A stretch of 46,074 nt of DNA from a virus (lineage: Duplodnaviria > Caudoviricetes). The position numbers and the translations under genes were made by a program. Below are positions 7,903 to 15,365 of the stretch, in pieces (positions within the stretch are counted from its first letter, which is position 1; every line of letters begins with the position of its first letter). The notes under the pieces were generated by a model, which was given only the letters and a program-made list of their open reading frames with translations, made no database searches and was not told where the DNA came from. The stretch spans positions 1 through 46,074 of IMG/VR virus record IMGVR_UViG_3300024222_000034; one strand, written 5' to 3'.

Positions 7903-8082
7903 ATGGATTATAAGCAGTTTTTCGCCCTAGGCGGCTATATTACTATCATTGACCCCGAAGGCGACAGGGTTTATGAAGTTGAAGAACTATACCTGAACTT
8001 TAAGCAGCGTATGGTTGCTGAACTTCAATTTAATGAAGGAAAGCCGTTTATTCCTACGTACACACCGCCAAAGGACGATTGA
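7903..8082 (+). CDS. Hypothetical protein (start MDYKQ)
   Basis: GGAGGT SD; VEELY..FKQRM..E. Confidence 0.65.
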   Translation: MDYKQFFALGGYITIIDPEGDRVYEVEELYLNFKQRMVAELQFNEGKPFIPTYTPPKDD

Positions 8083-8106
8083 CACTACCGCATATTATGG
8101 TATGAT
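8079..8106 (+). promoter_or_regulatory. Sigma70 promoter TTGACA-N16-TATGAT with extended -10 (TG)
   Basis: Consensus hexamers; no ORF downstream before the terminator. Confidence 0.75.
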
Positions 8107-8110
8107 TTTT

Positions 8111-8230
8111 GGGCTAGTCCGAACCTGCGAAGGCTGGTGTAGGTCTGGCAGAGATTAACGCTTTAAACTGGGCGAAAGCTCACCTTAAACCGTCTTAAGG
8201 GCTGCTTCTAGAAATGGAGGCAGCCTTTTT
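8111..8230 (+). ncRNA. Putative ~120-nt structured small RNA
   Basis: Own promoter, two hairpins (one with a GAAA tetraloop), intrinsic terminator, no ORF. Confidence 0.6.
8197..8230 (+). terminator. Intrinsic terminator at the convergence of + and - transcription (possibly bidirectional)
   Basis: AAGGGCTGCTTCTA-GAAA-TGGAGGCAGCCTTTTT. Confidence 0.9.
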
Positions 8231-8233
8231 GCT

Positions 8234-8413
8234 TTAGTTTCCTATTCGGTAATGGCCTATACCTGCTACTTGCAGCAACACCAAGCATAGAACGAGAACT
8301 GCGATGACTGTAATAACAGTCTTAATCGGCCCCGGTAGCGGGATATATGTGGTTATCATGTACCAGCAAACACCCAGTACAACCAGCACGATAATGAGCG
8401 AAATTAAGTCCAT
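8234..8413 (-). CDS. Small two-TM membrane protein, Thivi_2564-like (59 aa)
   Basis: MDLISLIIVLVVLGVCWYMITTYIPLPGPIKTVITVIAVLVLCLVLLQVAGIG; AGGAGG SD; absent from ORF track. Confidence 0.75.
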   Translation of the reverse strand: MDLISLIIVLVVLGVCWYMITTYIPLPGPIKTVITVIAVLVLCLVLLQVAGIGHYRIGN

Positions 8414-8464
8414 AAATCCTCCTGTTTAGGTTACGCTGTGCTTATGGGTATAAGGTGTCAACAG

Positions 8465-9037
8465 TTATTTCCCAGCGTACAGATTAGCTTCAGCCTGTCG
8501 GCGGACTACTAGCCCATTTAAACGCTTACCGCCAGCGTAGGAATATCTTAGAAACTGCGGGGGTACTTCTACATCTTTACCGGCGTTTACCTTCTTTAAA
8601 AGCGTAGATTTTTGGAGGGTTCCAGTCCCTACGTTAAAGGCAAAAGAAGAAAGCCCGTCAAACTGGTTCTGCCTCATTTGAACCTTTACTGCCTTATTAA
8701 CACCCCCTACAGCGGCCTTTAAGTCGTTTTCTAGCAGTGTTTGGGCTTGTTGGCTAGTGATAGGCTCCTCAAAGACCTCTCCACGCTTAATAAGGTGCCC
8801 AAAAGCGATAGTAGGCTTACCAGCAGAGTCGAGGTAGGTATAGGGGGAGAATCCCTCAAAACGCCTTATTAGGCTATAAAGGGCATTATCTGCTGAGCAG
8901 GGCTTGTGACATCGACTCGTGGAGGATTGGGGTGTCAGCAGGTTTGAAAGGAGGCTTTGGAATTGGGTTGGCTTTTCTAGGGGGGTTACTGATAGTGTGG
9001 TTGTCAATAACACAAACGGCAAACTTTTCAAGCTCAT
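8465..9037 (-). CDS. Endolysin, GH24 (T4-lysozyme-like muramidase) with N-terminal extension
   Basis: Catalytic E-x8-D-x5-T (EGFSPYTYLDSAGKPT), QNQFD.L.SF.FNVG, GL..RR.AE. Confidence 0.95.
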   Translation of the reverse strand: MSLKSLPFVLLTTTLSVTPLEKPTQFQSLLSNLLTPQSSTSRCHKPCSADNALYSLIRRFEGFSPYTYLDSAGKPTIAFGHLIKRGEVFEEPITSQQAQTLLENDLKAAVGGVNKAVKVQMRQNQFDGLSSFAFNVGTGTLQKSTLLKKVNAGKDVEVPPQFLRYSYAGGKRLNGLVVRRQAEANLYAGK

Positions 9038-9260
9038 CTTTGGCCTCCAGTTCCCTTAGTTTAAGCATCACATTAACTACCCTAACCCAATCCCTCCATA
9101 CAGAGTCCGGTGCGTCTGCCCTCGCCGCATCCTTTATGGTTTCACACGTTGGAAACACAGGAAGCGGAGCGTAGCTAGTAACCTGCACTCGCGTAATGCC
9201 GCAGCCATTCAATACCAGCAGGCTTATCAGAATGAGGGGTAGCGCGGTCAATTTTAGCAT
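8886..9260 (-). CDS. o-spanin-like lipoprotein (Rz1-like)
   Basis: Signal peptide with lipobox LNG|C20, Pro-rich; overlaps the i-spanin 3' end. Confidence 0.7.
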   Translation of the reverse strand: MLKLTALPLILISLLVLNGCGITRVQVTSYAPLPVFPTCETIKDAARADAPDSVWRDWVRVVNVMLKLRELEAKDELEKFAVCVIDNHTISNPPRKANPIPKPPFKPADTPILHESMSQALLSR

Positions 9261-9426
9261 ATGCCTTTTGTACTTTCTTGGTTTCTGTAATTTGAGCCTC
9301 CGCTTGTTTCAGTTCAACATCTTTCTGGCCAGCATAGTATAGGCTGTAACCGATATAGGATAACCAGCCCAGCAATGCTACCGCTGCAATAATGATAAAC
9401 CAAGCCCTGAATCCCCATCCGAACAT
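9175..9426 (-). CDS. i-spanin (Rz-like)
   Basis: N-terminal TM helix then a helical periplasmic region; start MFGWG. Confidence 0.7.
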   Translation of the reverse strand: MFGWGFRAWFIIIAAVALLGWLSYIGYSLYYAGQKDVELKQAEAQITETKKVQKAYAKIDRATPHSDKPAGIEWLRHYASAGY

Positions 9427-9427
9427 A

Positions 9428-9844
9428 TTAAGCCTGCGGTATTGGTTGAGGGACCGAGCCAGCGCCCTCAGTCGTTCCATGCATAACTGGTGTAGACACA
9501 ACCGGCGCAGGGGTAATCACTACCGAATGGCCTAGGTGCTTTTCAATAAGATGCTTTAAATGCAGGACAAAATCCTCGCCTGCTACGGCTTCAATTTTCA
9601 GACTATCTACCGTTCCGGCCATTAATTGCTGCATCTTGGTTTCTTCTTTTACGGGGTTCCTTATAATCTGTACGATGGCGTGGAGTATAGGAAAGCCAAA
9701 GAACACCAAGGGAAGAGCTTGCATAACTCTTTGCTCGTGTTGCCAGCAGAAAAATAACGCTACGGCGCACGCTATGATAAGCGCAACCCACGTAAGGTTT
9801 TCCATCATCCAAGGCTTTCCGGCCTGTAGCCACCATGTTTTCAT
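9428..9844 (-). CDS. Putative holin (two TM helices)
   Basis: Two hydrophobic segments; position in lysis cassette; AGGAG SD. Confidence 0.55.
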   Translation of the reverse strand: MKTWWLQAGKPWMMENLTWVALIIACAVALFFCWQHEQRVMQALPLVFFGFPILHAIVQIIRNPVKEETKMQQLMAGTVDSLKIEAVAGEDFVLHLKHLIEKHLGHSVVITPAPVVSTPVMHGTTEGAGSVPQPIPQA

Positions 9845-9852
9845 ACTATCTC

Positions 9853-10146
9853 CTATAATGATAATTTAGATGCAAATGAATCCCATGCCTTAACTATAGC
9901 AGCAGAAAATACAGTAGCAAATGCTATAATCGCCATTTTCTGGCCTTTCTGTGTGTTTATATATTCTACCACATCGTCTAACTTATCTGTTTGTGCGTCA
10001 ATTTTAACATTTATCGTCATGTTATCCCTCAACATCTGCTCGGCATGGGCTTTTTGCTGTTCCCGTAAGCCATCAATACCAGCCTCCACCTTGCCTACTT
10101 GGTTGGCTTGCTTTAGCATATGCTCTAAGAGAATTTGTTCAGTCAT
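9853..10146 (-). CDS. Coiled-coil protein with C-terminal TM helix (holin/XhlA-like)
   Basis: Start MTEQ coupled to fibre stop; heptad pattern then hydrophobic tail. Confidence 0.55.
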   Translation of the reverse strand: MTEQILLEHMLKQANQVGKVEAGIDGLREQQKAHAEQMLRDNMTINVKIDAQTDKLDDVVEYINTQKGQKMAIIAFATVFSAAIVKAWDSFASKLSL

Positions 10147-11012
10147 TATGTTAATGCTATTGATTTCCAAGCAGCACTTGGAGTGTTGTAAATCCACAGT
10201 TTGTTATTAGTGGTATCATAAACAAAAGGGCACATGCCAGTTTGCGTGGTAGGTGTTCCGGTTTTAGCTCCAGCGCAAGACGGCATAGATGGCATCCTAT
10301 CCGTAGCTCCTGTGGCAATTACACCAGTAGTTCCATCGAAAGAAAGGAAAACGTTTTTCTTTGAATCGAAACGTGTACATTCCTCTACAGTGGTAGAACC
10401 AGCAGAAGTGGTTTGGATTAAAACAAGCGTTCCGTTATCTGTTGTAGCCCAATCCGTAGCAGCGATTATTCTCACCCCCCCCTTATAACCGCTATAATTT
10501 GTCCCATCATATCCGCCGCCGCCGAATGAGGCTAATTGATTATTAGCGCTTACTTTAGCTTTAGCATCGGCTCTTCCTTGTGTTCTCTGCCCTAAGAATG
10601 TCGCCGCCCCTGCGAAGGCGTTATTCTCTATTACAGAACCACCGCTAGTATTGACCTGCAATATAGCAGCAGTTGTAGGGGCATTTGAAAAGGCCAAACC
10701 AGAAACTAAAACTGCGCTTGTGAAATTAGCCGCTGCTGCTGAAGTCGCTCCTATCACCGTGCTATTGATTGCACCAGAAGTAATAACGGGAGAAGAAAGC
10801 GCGGCTGATGTAATTGAAACAGTACCCCCTAAAACAGTCAACCCGCCATTAAGCGTAGTATTCCCGCTTACGATAATAGAGCCTACAATCGTCTGTGATG
10901 TGGTTTCTGCAAGGAATAATGCAGAATCTATGAAATCGCCAAATTGGCTACTAGTAGGCCTATCACCAGTTTCAAAGTAGGTTTTAACGGATGTCTTTAT
11001 AAGTATTGTCAT
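10146..11012 (-). CDS. Fibre/spike protein 3 (shared N-terminal anchor motif)
   Basis: VKTYFETGDRPT..QF.DFIDS; GYDGT...DW...G...TTSAGSTT module; C-terminal FVYDTTNNKLWIYN..W. Confidence 0.75.
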   Translation of the reverse strand: MTILIKTSVKTYFETGDRPTSSQFGDFIDSALFLAETTSQTIVGSIIVSGNTTLNGGLTVLGGTVSITSAALSSPVITSGAINSTVIGATSAAAANFTSAVLVSGLAFSNAPTTAAILQVNTSGGSVIENNAFAGAATFLGQRTQGRADAKAKVSANNQLASFGGGGYDGTNYSGYKGGVRIIAATDWATTDNGTLVLIQTTSAGSTTVEECTRFDSKKNVFLSFDGTTGVIATGATDRMPSMPSCAGAKTGTPTTQTGMCPFVYDTTNNKLWIYNTPSAAWKSIALT

Positions 11013-13021
11013 TTTGCCCCCATTTTCTTTAGGTTTTTAGATAGCTCCAATAAGGGAACTTCTTGCGGATTCATCACGGAAGCACCAAGGGTTTTCAAAG
11101 CACCAATGGGGCTACCACCAGCTAATTGCATGCCAGCACTAGCAAAGTTAGGAGTTGTGCGCCTGCCGTGGATAATAGCCTGTCTCAATACTTGTTTTGC
11201 CATTTCAGGCGGAAGAAGTGTTGATAGAATGGAGGCTCTGCCAGCCTTATCGCTGTTCAAGTTATCTAGGAATTCATTAGCGCGGCTTAGAGTACTTGCT
11301 GAGACTCCGGCATTGGTTGGGTCGTTCTGCGCTGCTTTCCATGCCACATAATCCTCAGGCTGCCACAATGGTTTTAATTGTGATGACTTATATTGCCCGA
11401 CTCTTGCGGCCTGTTTCTCCGCTGTATTAAGGGCTTTTCCGAACTCAGGGGATAAATCAGAAGCGTTTTTGAGGGCATCATTTACATAGGATTTGAACGC
11501 CAGAAGTTTACCGCCGCCAGAGGTCACAAACCTATTGGTATTCAAGCCTGAATTTATAGCGGTTTTTATATCAACTAGGTCAGATGGGTTTATCCCGTAA
11601 GCCTCGACACCCTTCACGCCGGGCTTGATGATGGGTTCGCCGTTAGGATTAATAATTCCTGTGTCTTGTGGAGGTTTTGAGTTTACGCTATATTTTTCAG
11701 ATAAATTATCCCGTATATCAATAAGATTTGAAAGGGCTAGATGCTCCTTACTGCCGGGGGCAACCTTATCAGATAAGTAATTGATTATTCCATCCAGTTT
11801 GCCATAAAGCTCAGGGGCTTTGACGGAAAATATATTACCTAACCCGTTGAGCGTTTTATAGTGGCTTTGCAGCGTAGATAAATCCTGCCCGTATTGCTGG
11901 CTAATGGCTTGGTTGGCCTTCAATCCAGCATCAATAGGATTAGGTGCTTTGGCGAAAGTTGTACCCTTAGCAGCGGCAGGAAGCATGGATAAATTGCTTA
12001 GTTCTTGCGGTAGCGCCGGAGGAGCGCCCGGAGGTGGCGGAGGGCCGTTGTTATTATCCCTCATTAAATCCATGAAAGTACCGGGCGCAGACTCAACAGC
12101 GGGCTTTAACATCCCGCCAATTTTCTTAGCACCGAATGGCAATAACATTTCAGCGGCTTGGGAATATTGATGCGGAATTCCTAAACTTTGCTCTGCTTTC
12201 TGGTTAGCCATCCCAATTAAAGTAGTGGGGATATTTCCTACGGTTCCGGCAACGGCAGAAGCAATCTGGCCGGGTGGGGAAGTCATAAGTGCTTCTTCAG
12301 CAGCACCAGCAATTTGCGGCCCGGAAGTATTAGCCCATGCACTTTTAGCCCTGTCTATGAATCCAGCACCCTCAGGGGCTTGGTCGGCACCAGCTTTTAA
12401 GGCGTTTAAATCAGGCGTGTAATTCTGGGTAGGTTGTCCGGTGAGTAGTCTTCCGACATTTTTAGCAGAATCCACACCGCCAGCGAAAGTGTCCATAAAC
12501 GGCTGCACTATTGAATCAGCAGTAGAACCAGCAGAATCTTTTATTAATCCCCTGCTTTTTGCCTCATCTAATAGGGCTTTCTTATCGGGCGGGAGAATCC
12601 CACGCTTATCAGCTTCTAAAATTAATTCTATTTTAGAGGGAGAGCCAGAACCAATAAGAGTATCTTGTGAGGTAGTCTGCGGCATTTGCACGTTAGAACC
12701 TTCCATTTTAAGCATGGGAGGCATTATCCTAGTCACATCAGAGGGAGCAAGTGGCTGGTTAGGGTCTAGGCCGCTATTCTTTGCCACAAAGTTTATATAA
12801 TTTGCCGTATTATTCTCTGAAGAAGGCGCATAAGTAGATATAACACTGTTGATAGTAGGTTGATAATTAGCTCCATACCTCGCTTTCATGGCATTGCTGT
12901 TGCCTGAAATCTTGGCAAGCAAATCCTGTTGCATTGCAGCAAGTCCGGCATCCGGCGAATCGAATTGCTGGAATCCCGTTTGGCTTCCTACTGGCCTTAG
13001 ATTTCCGGGGTTGTTCATCAT
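11009..13021 (-). CDS. Internal virion (ejection) protein with N-terminal lysozyme-like NNPGN domain
   Basis: NNPGNLR...F.QF.SP..G..A......TI...I..YAP..EN.T..YI..V. Confidence 0.75.
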   Translation of the reverse strand: MMNNPGNLRPVGSQTGFQQFDSPDAGLAAMQQDLLAKISGNSNAMKARYGANYQPTINSVISTYAPSSENNTANYINFVAKNSGLDPNQPLAPSDVTRIMPPMLKMEGSNVQMPQTTSQDTLIGSGSPSKIELILEADKRGILPPDKKALLDEAKSRGLIKDSAGSTADSIVQPFMDTFAGGVDSAKNVGRLLTGQPTQNYTPDLNALKAGADQAPEGAGFIDRAKSAWANTSGPQIAGAAEEALMTSPPGQIASAVAGTVGNIPTTLIGMANQKAEQSLGIPHQYSQAAEMLLPFGAKKIGGMLKPAVESAPGTFMDLMRDNNNGPPPPPGAPPALPQELSNLSMLPAAAKGTTFAKAPNPIDAGLKANQAISQQYGQDLSTLQSHYKTLNGLGNIFSVKAPELYGKLDGIINYLSDKVAPGSKEHLALSNLIDIRDNLSEKYSVNSKPPQDTGIINPNGEPIIKPGVKGVEAYGINPSDLVDIKTAINSGLNTNRFVTSGGGKLLAFKSYVNDALKNASDLSPEFGKALNTAEKQAARVGQYKSSQLKPLWQPEDYVAWKAAQNDPTNAGVSASTLSRANEFLDNLNSDKAGRASILSTLLPPEMAKQVLRQAIIHGRRTTPNFASAGMQLAGGSPIGALKTLGASVMNPQEVPLLELSKNLKKMGAK

Positions 13022-14262
13022 TGAAGGGCCTTTAGTAAATCTTGGTCAGAAAGTGATTTAACATCCATAGCGGGTTGGGGGTTGAGGGAGTTTTTTACAT
13101 CAGGGCTTAAAAGACGTTCGTAATCATTCCTGCCAGTGCTTTGTTCGTACTGTTGTTTTAGACCACCAAGCTGCCCTTTAATGAGGTTCTTGTAGGTTTC
13201 GATAACACCCTTTAACTGCTCTGGGCTGTTTGCTGCATTAAGCTGTTGCTGGGCAGTTTCCCTATCGCCTACACCACCACCGGCCCCAACCACTGCTTTA
13301 ATGATTTCATTAGTCACCACTTGTTTTGCGGCGTTAAAATTAGTGGGTGGAGTTTGGCCGAATTGGGTTTGAAAGGCATTAGAAATCGCATTAATTCCTT
13401 TCATATCACCATTTTGTAGGGCATCGGTAAGTTGGCTAAGGGTTCCAAGGTGAGCATAAGCTACGTTAAACGCCCTTGTTTGGTCGCCTTGTTTGCCAGT
13501 GTTAAACGCTCCCAGAGCTTTGGCACTTTGTGCTGAAGCGTTGGGGTCGTATTGGTACAATGCCCCTAGCATCTGCTGCCAGTAAGAGGATTTAAGGGCG
13601 AAGCCGGTTGGGAAGTTCAATCTTCCTTCTGCTAAAGCTTTTACTTGGTTAGCAAATTGAGGCGGAAGAGTGGCTAAATAAGCATCTCCAGTTAAGCCAG
13701 CAGTTTGCCCACCACCAGCACTAGGATATGCGCCACTTTGTGCATTAAGAAATCCAGCTTGTGCGATATTCTTAGCGTATTCTGATTGCTGGTTTTGCAC
13801 TCCGCTTAATTCCTTCAACATGGCGAATTGCGGAGTTAAACGCGAAGCAACTGTTCCTTCAGTTGTTAATGCAGGATTTCCAGTTGAAAACCTTTGGACA
13901 GCAGTATTGCTAATATCGCCATAAGTAGGCTGCGCCATCTGGTTTATTTGCTGCATCAAAGCAGGGATGGATTGCGGCTGATTTTGTGCTTGTGGTTGGG
14001 CATTGGGCTGGAATGAGCTAGGAGCCGCAGGTTGCTGGAACCTTGCCGCCAAAATCTGCTGCGTTAAATCTGGTTCTTGGCCGCCTAACGGATTAGCCAT
14101 AGAAGTCGCCAAGGCTTGCTGTGGGTTGCCCTGTTGCTGGGGGAATAGATTAGATAATGAAGGCTGTGGTGTTCCCGGTGTGGCAATAGAGCTTTGCGGC
14201 TGCTGCATTTGCAAAAGCTGCGCTGCCAAGTCACCCAATGCTGAACCTGTACTAGTTGGCAC
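13018..14262 (-). CDS. Internal virion (DNA ejection) protein
   Basis: Q/A/G-rich helical protein in the podovirus ejection-gene position. Confidence 0.7.
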   Translation of the reverse strand: MPTSTGSALGDLAAQLLQMQQPQSSIATPGTPQPSLSNLFPQQQGNPQQALATSMANPLGGQEPDLTQQILAARFQQPAAPSSFQPNAQPQAQNQPQSIPALMQQINQMAQPTYGDISNTAVQRFSTGNPALTTEGTVASRLTPQFAMLKELSGVQNQQSEYAKNIAQAGFLNAQSGAYPSAGGGQTAGLTGDAYLATLPPQFANQVKALAEGRLNFPTGFALKSSYWQQMLGALYQYDPNASAQSAKALGAFNTGKQGDQTRAFNVAYAHLGTLSQLTDALQNGDMKGINAISNAFQTQFGQTPPTNFNAAKQVVTNEIIKAVVGAGGGVGDRETAQQQLNAANSPEQLKGVIETYKNLIKGQLGGLKQQYEQSTGRNDYERLLSPDVKNSLNPQPAMDVKSLSDQDLLKALQ

Positions 14263-14815
14263 TTGCGTATCCCTTCCACGGAAGATTATAAGGATTGCCA
14301 GTTTGTTCGTTAGAAGGAGCTGTTAGTGGTGTGGTTTGCTGCTGTCCTCCACCTAATTTCTTGAGCAAATCGCTTATGTCGCTATAGCCACCTAATTCAA
14401 GGTTGGTCTGGCTCTTTGATGCGGGTAATACTTGGCCAGATAACCCTCCTGCTCCAGCTTGTAATTGCTGTAAAGTCGCATTGCGAGCATTTTGGTCTAA
14501 TCCCTGATAACCTTGCGTTAAAGTCCTGAAAGCTTGCTCCCCTTCCCTGCCTTGGGCGAATAAAGGCACTCTTCCATTCGCGGCAAGGGAACGGTTTTGG
14601 CGCTCCATTTCAGCAATAGCTTGGGATAGACTATTTAGGTTGTTTTGTTTATTCTGCCCATAAAGCTGCGCGTAAAGTGGATTCTGTGGGTTGATGATAG
14701 CATTATTCACATTAGCAAGCTGCCCGCTGGATTTAGCCTGCGGCCCACTAAAGGCGTTTTTAACTGCCATAGCGCCGGGTAGAATCTGTCCGATTGTTCC
14801 TAAGGCCTGTCCCAT
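14252..14815 (-). CDS. Small ejection / pilot protein
   Basis: G/Q/A-rich with amphipathic N-terminus; follows the nozzle. Confidence 0.65.
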   Translation of the reverse strand: MGQALGTIGQILPGAMAVKNAFSGPQAKSSGQLANVNNAIINPQNPLYAQLYGQNKQNNLNSLSQAIAEMERQNRSLAANGRVPLFAQGREGEQAFRTLTQGYQGLDQNARNATLQQLQAGAGGLSGQVLPASKSQTNLELGGYSDISDLLKKLGGGQQQTTPLTAPSNEQTGNPYNLPWKGYASAN

Positions 14816-14819
14816 TATC

Positions 14820-15365
14820 TCACCCTGTCTTTCGCAGTTTTCCGTTAATTACTTGGTTAGCATGAGAAATAGATAGTCCGTATTTTTTAGCTAATTTCGT
14901 CTGTTCACCGCGCTTTCCAGTATATTCAGCAAGCAGCGAAGATATTGTTTCATTCGAGAATTTAGCACTTGCATGATTTTCTGCAAATCCGGGGTGAGTA
15001 AAAGCAAATAAACCATGTTTTATAGCATCTCTAGCATTGTCGCTATAAGTCCCCCAATAAAGGTTCTCTAGACGGTTATCAGTTTTAATATCGTTTTTAT
15101 GACAAGCAATCTGCCCTTTTTGTGGTAGACCGACAAAAGCCATAAGAATTAAATGATGGACAAGTTGAATTTTCCGTCTTTCTTGCCAAGGCCGATTCCC
15201 ATCTCCCATGATATTTACTGAAAGATATTTATTATTTAATCTTGAGCCATTCAGCCTCTGCGTCATTACTTTCCCATCGCTGTTTCTTATCATCCCTTCG
15301 GCTGAGATTTCATATCTGCTATAACCCGGTATTTTCCGCCATTTTTCCATTTTAACGTACCCCAT
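14820..15365 (-). CDS. NUMOD4-HNH homing endonuclease (free-standing)
   Basis: EKWRKIPGYSRYEISAEG (NUMOD4); VHHLIL.AFVG...CHKNDIKTDNRLENLYWGT.SDN (HNH). Confidence 0.92.
   Translation of the reverse strand: MGYVKMEKWRKIPGYSRYEISAEGMIRNSDGKVMTQRLNGSRLNNKYLSVNIMGDGNRPWQERRKIQLVHHLILMAFVGLPQKGQIACHKNDIKTDNRLENLYWGTYSDNARDAIKHGLFAFTHPGFAENHASAKFSNETISSLLAEYTGKRGEQTKLAKKYGLSISHANQVINGKLRKTG

Noticed and set aside
8111-8230. tRNA, CRISPR mini-array or hammerhead ribozyme
   Set aside because: No cloverleaf or TTC loop, no repeated unit, no CUGAnGA core
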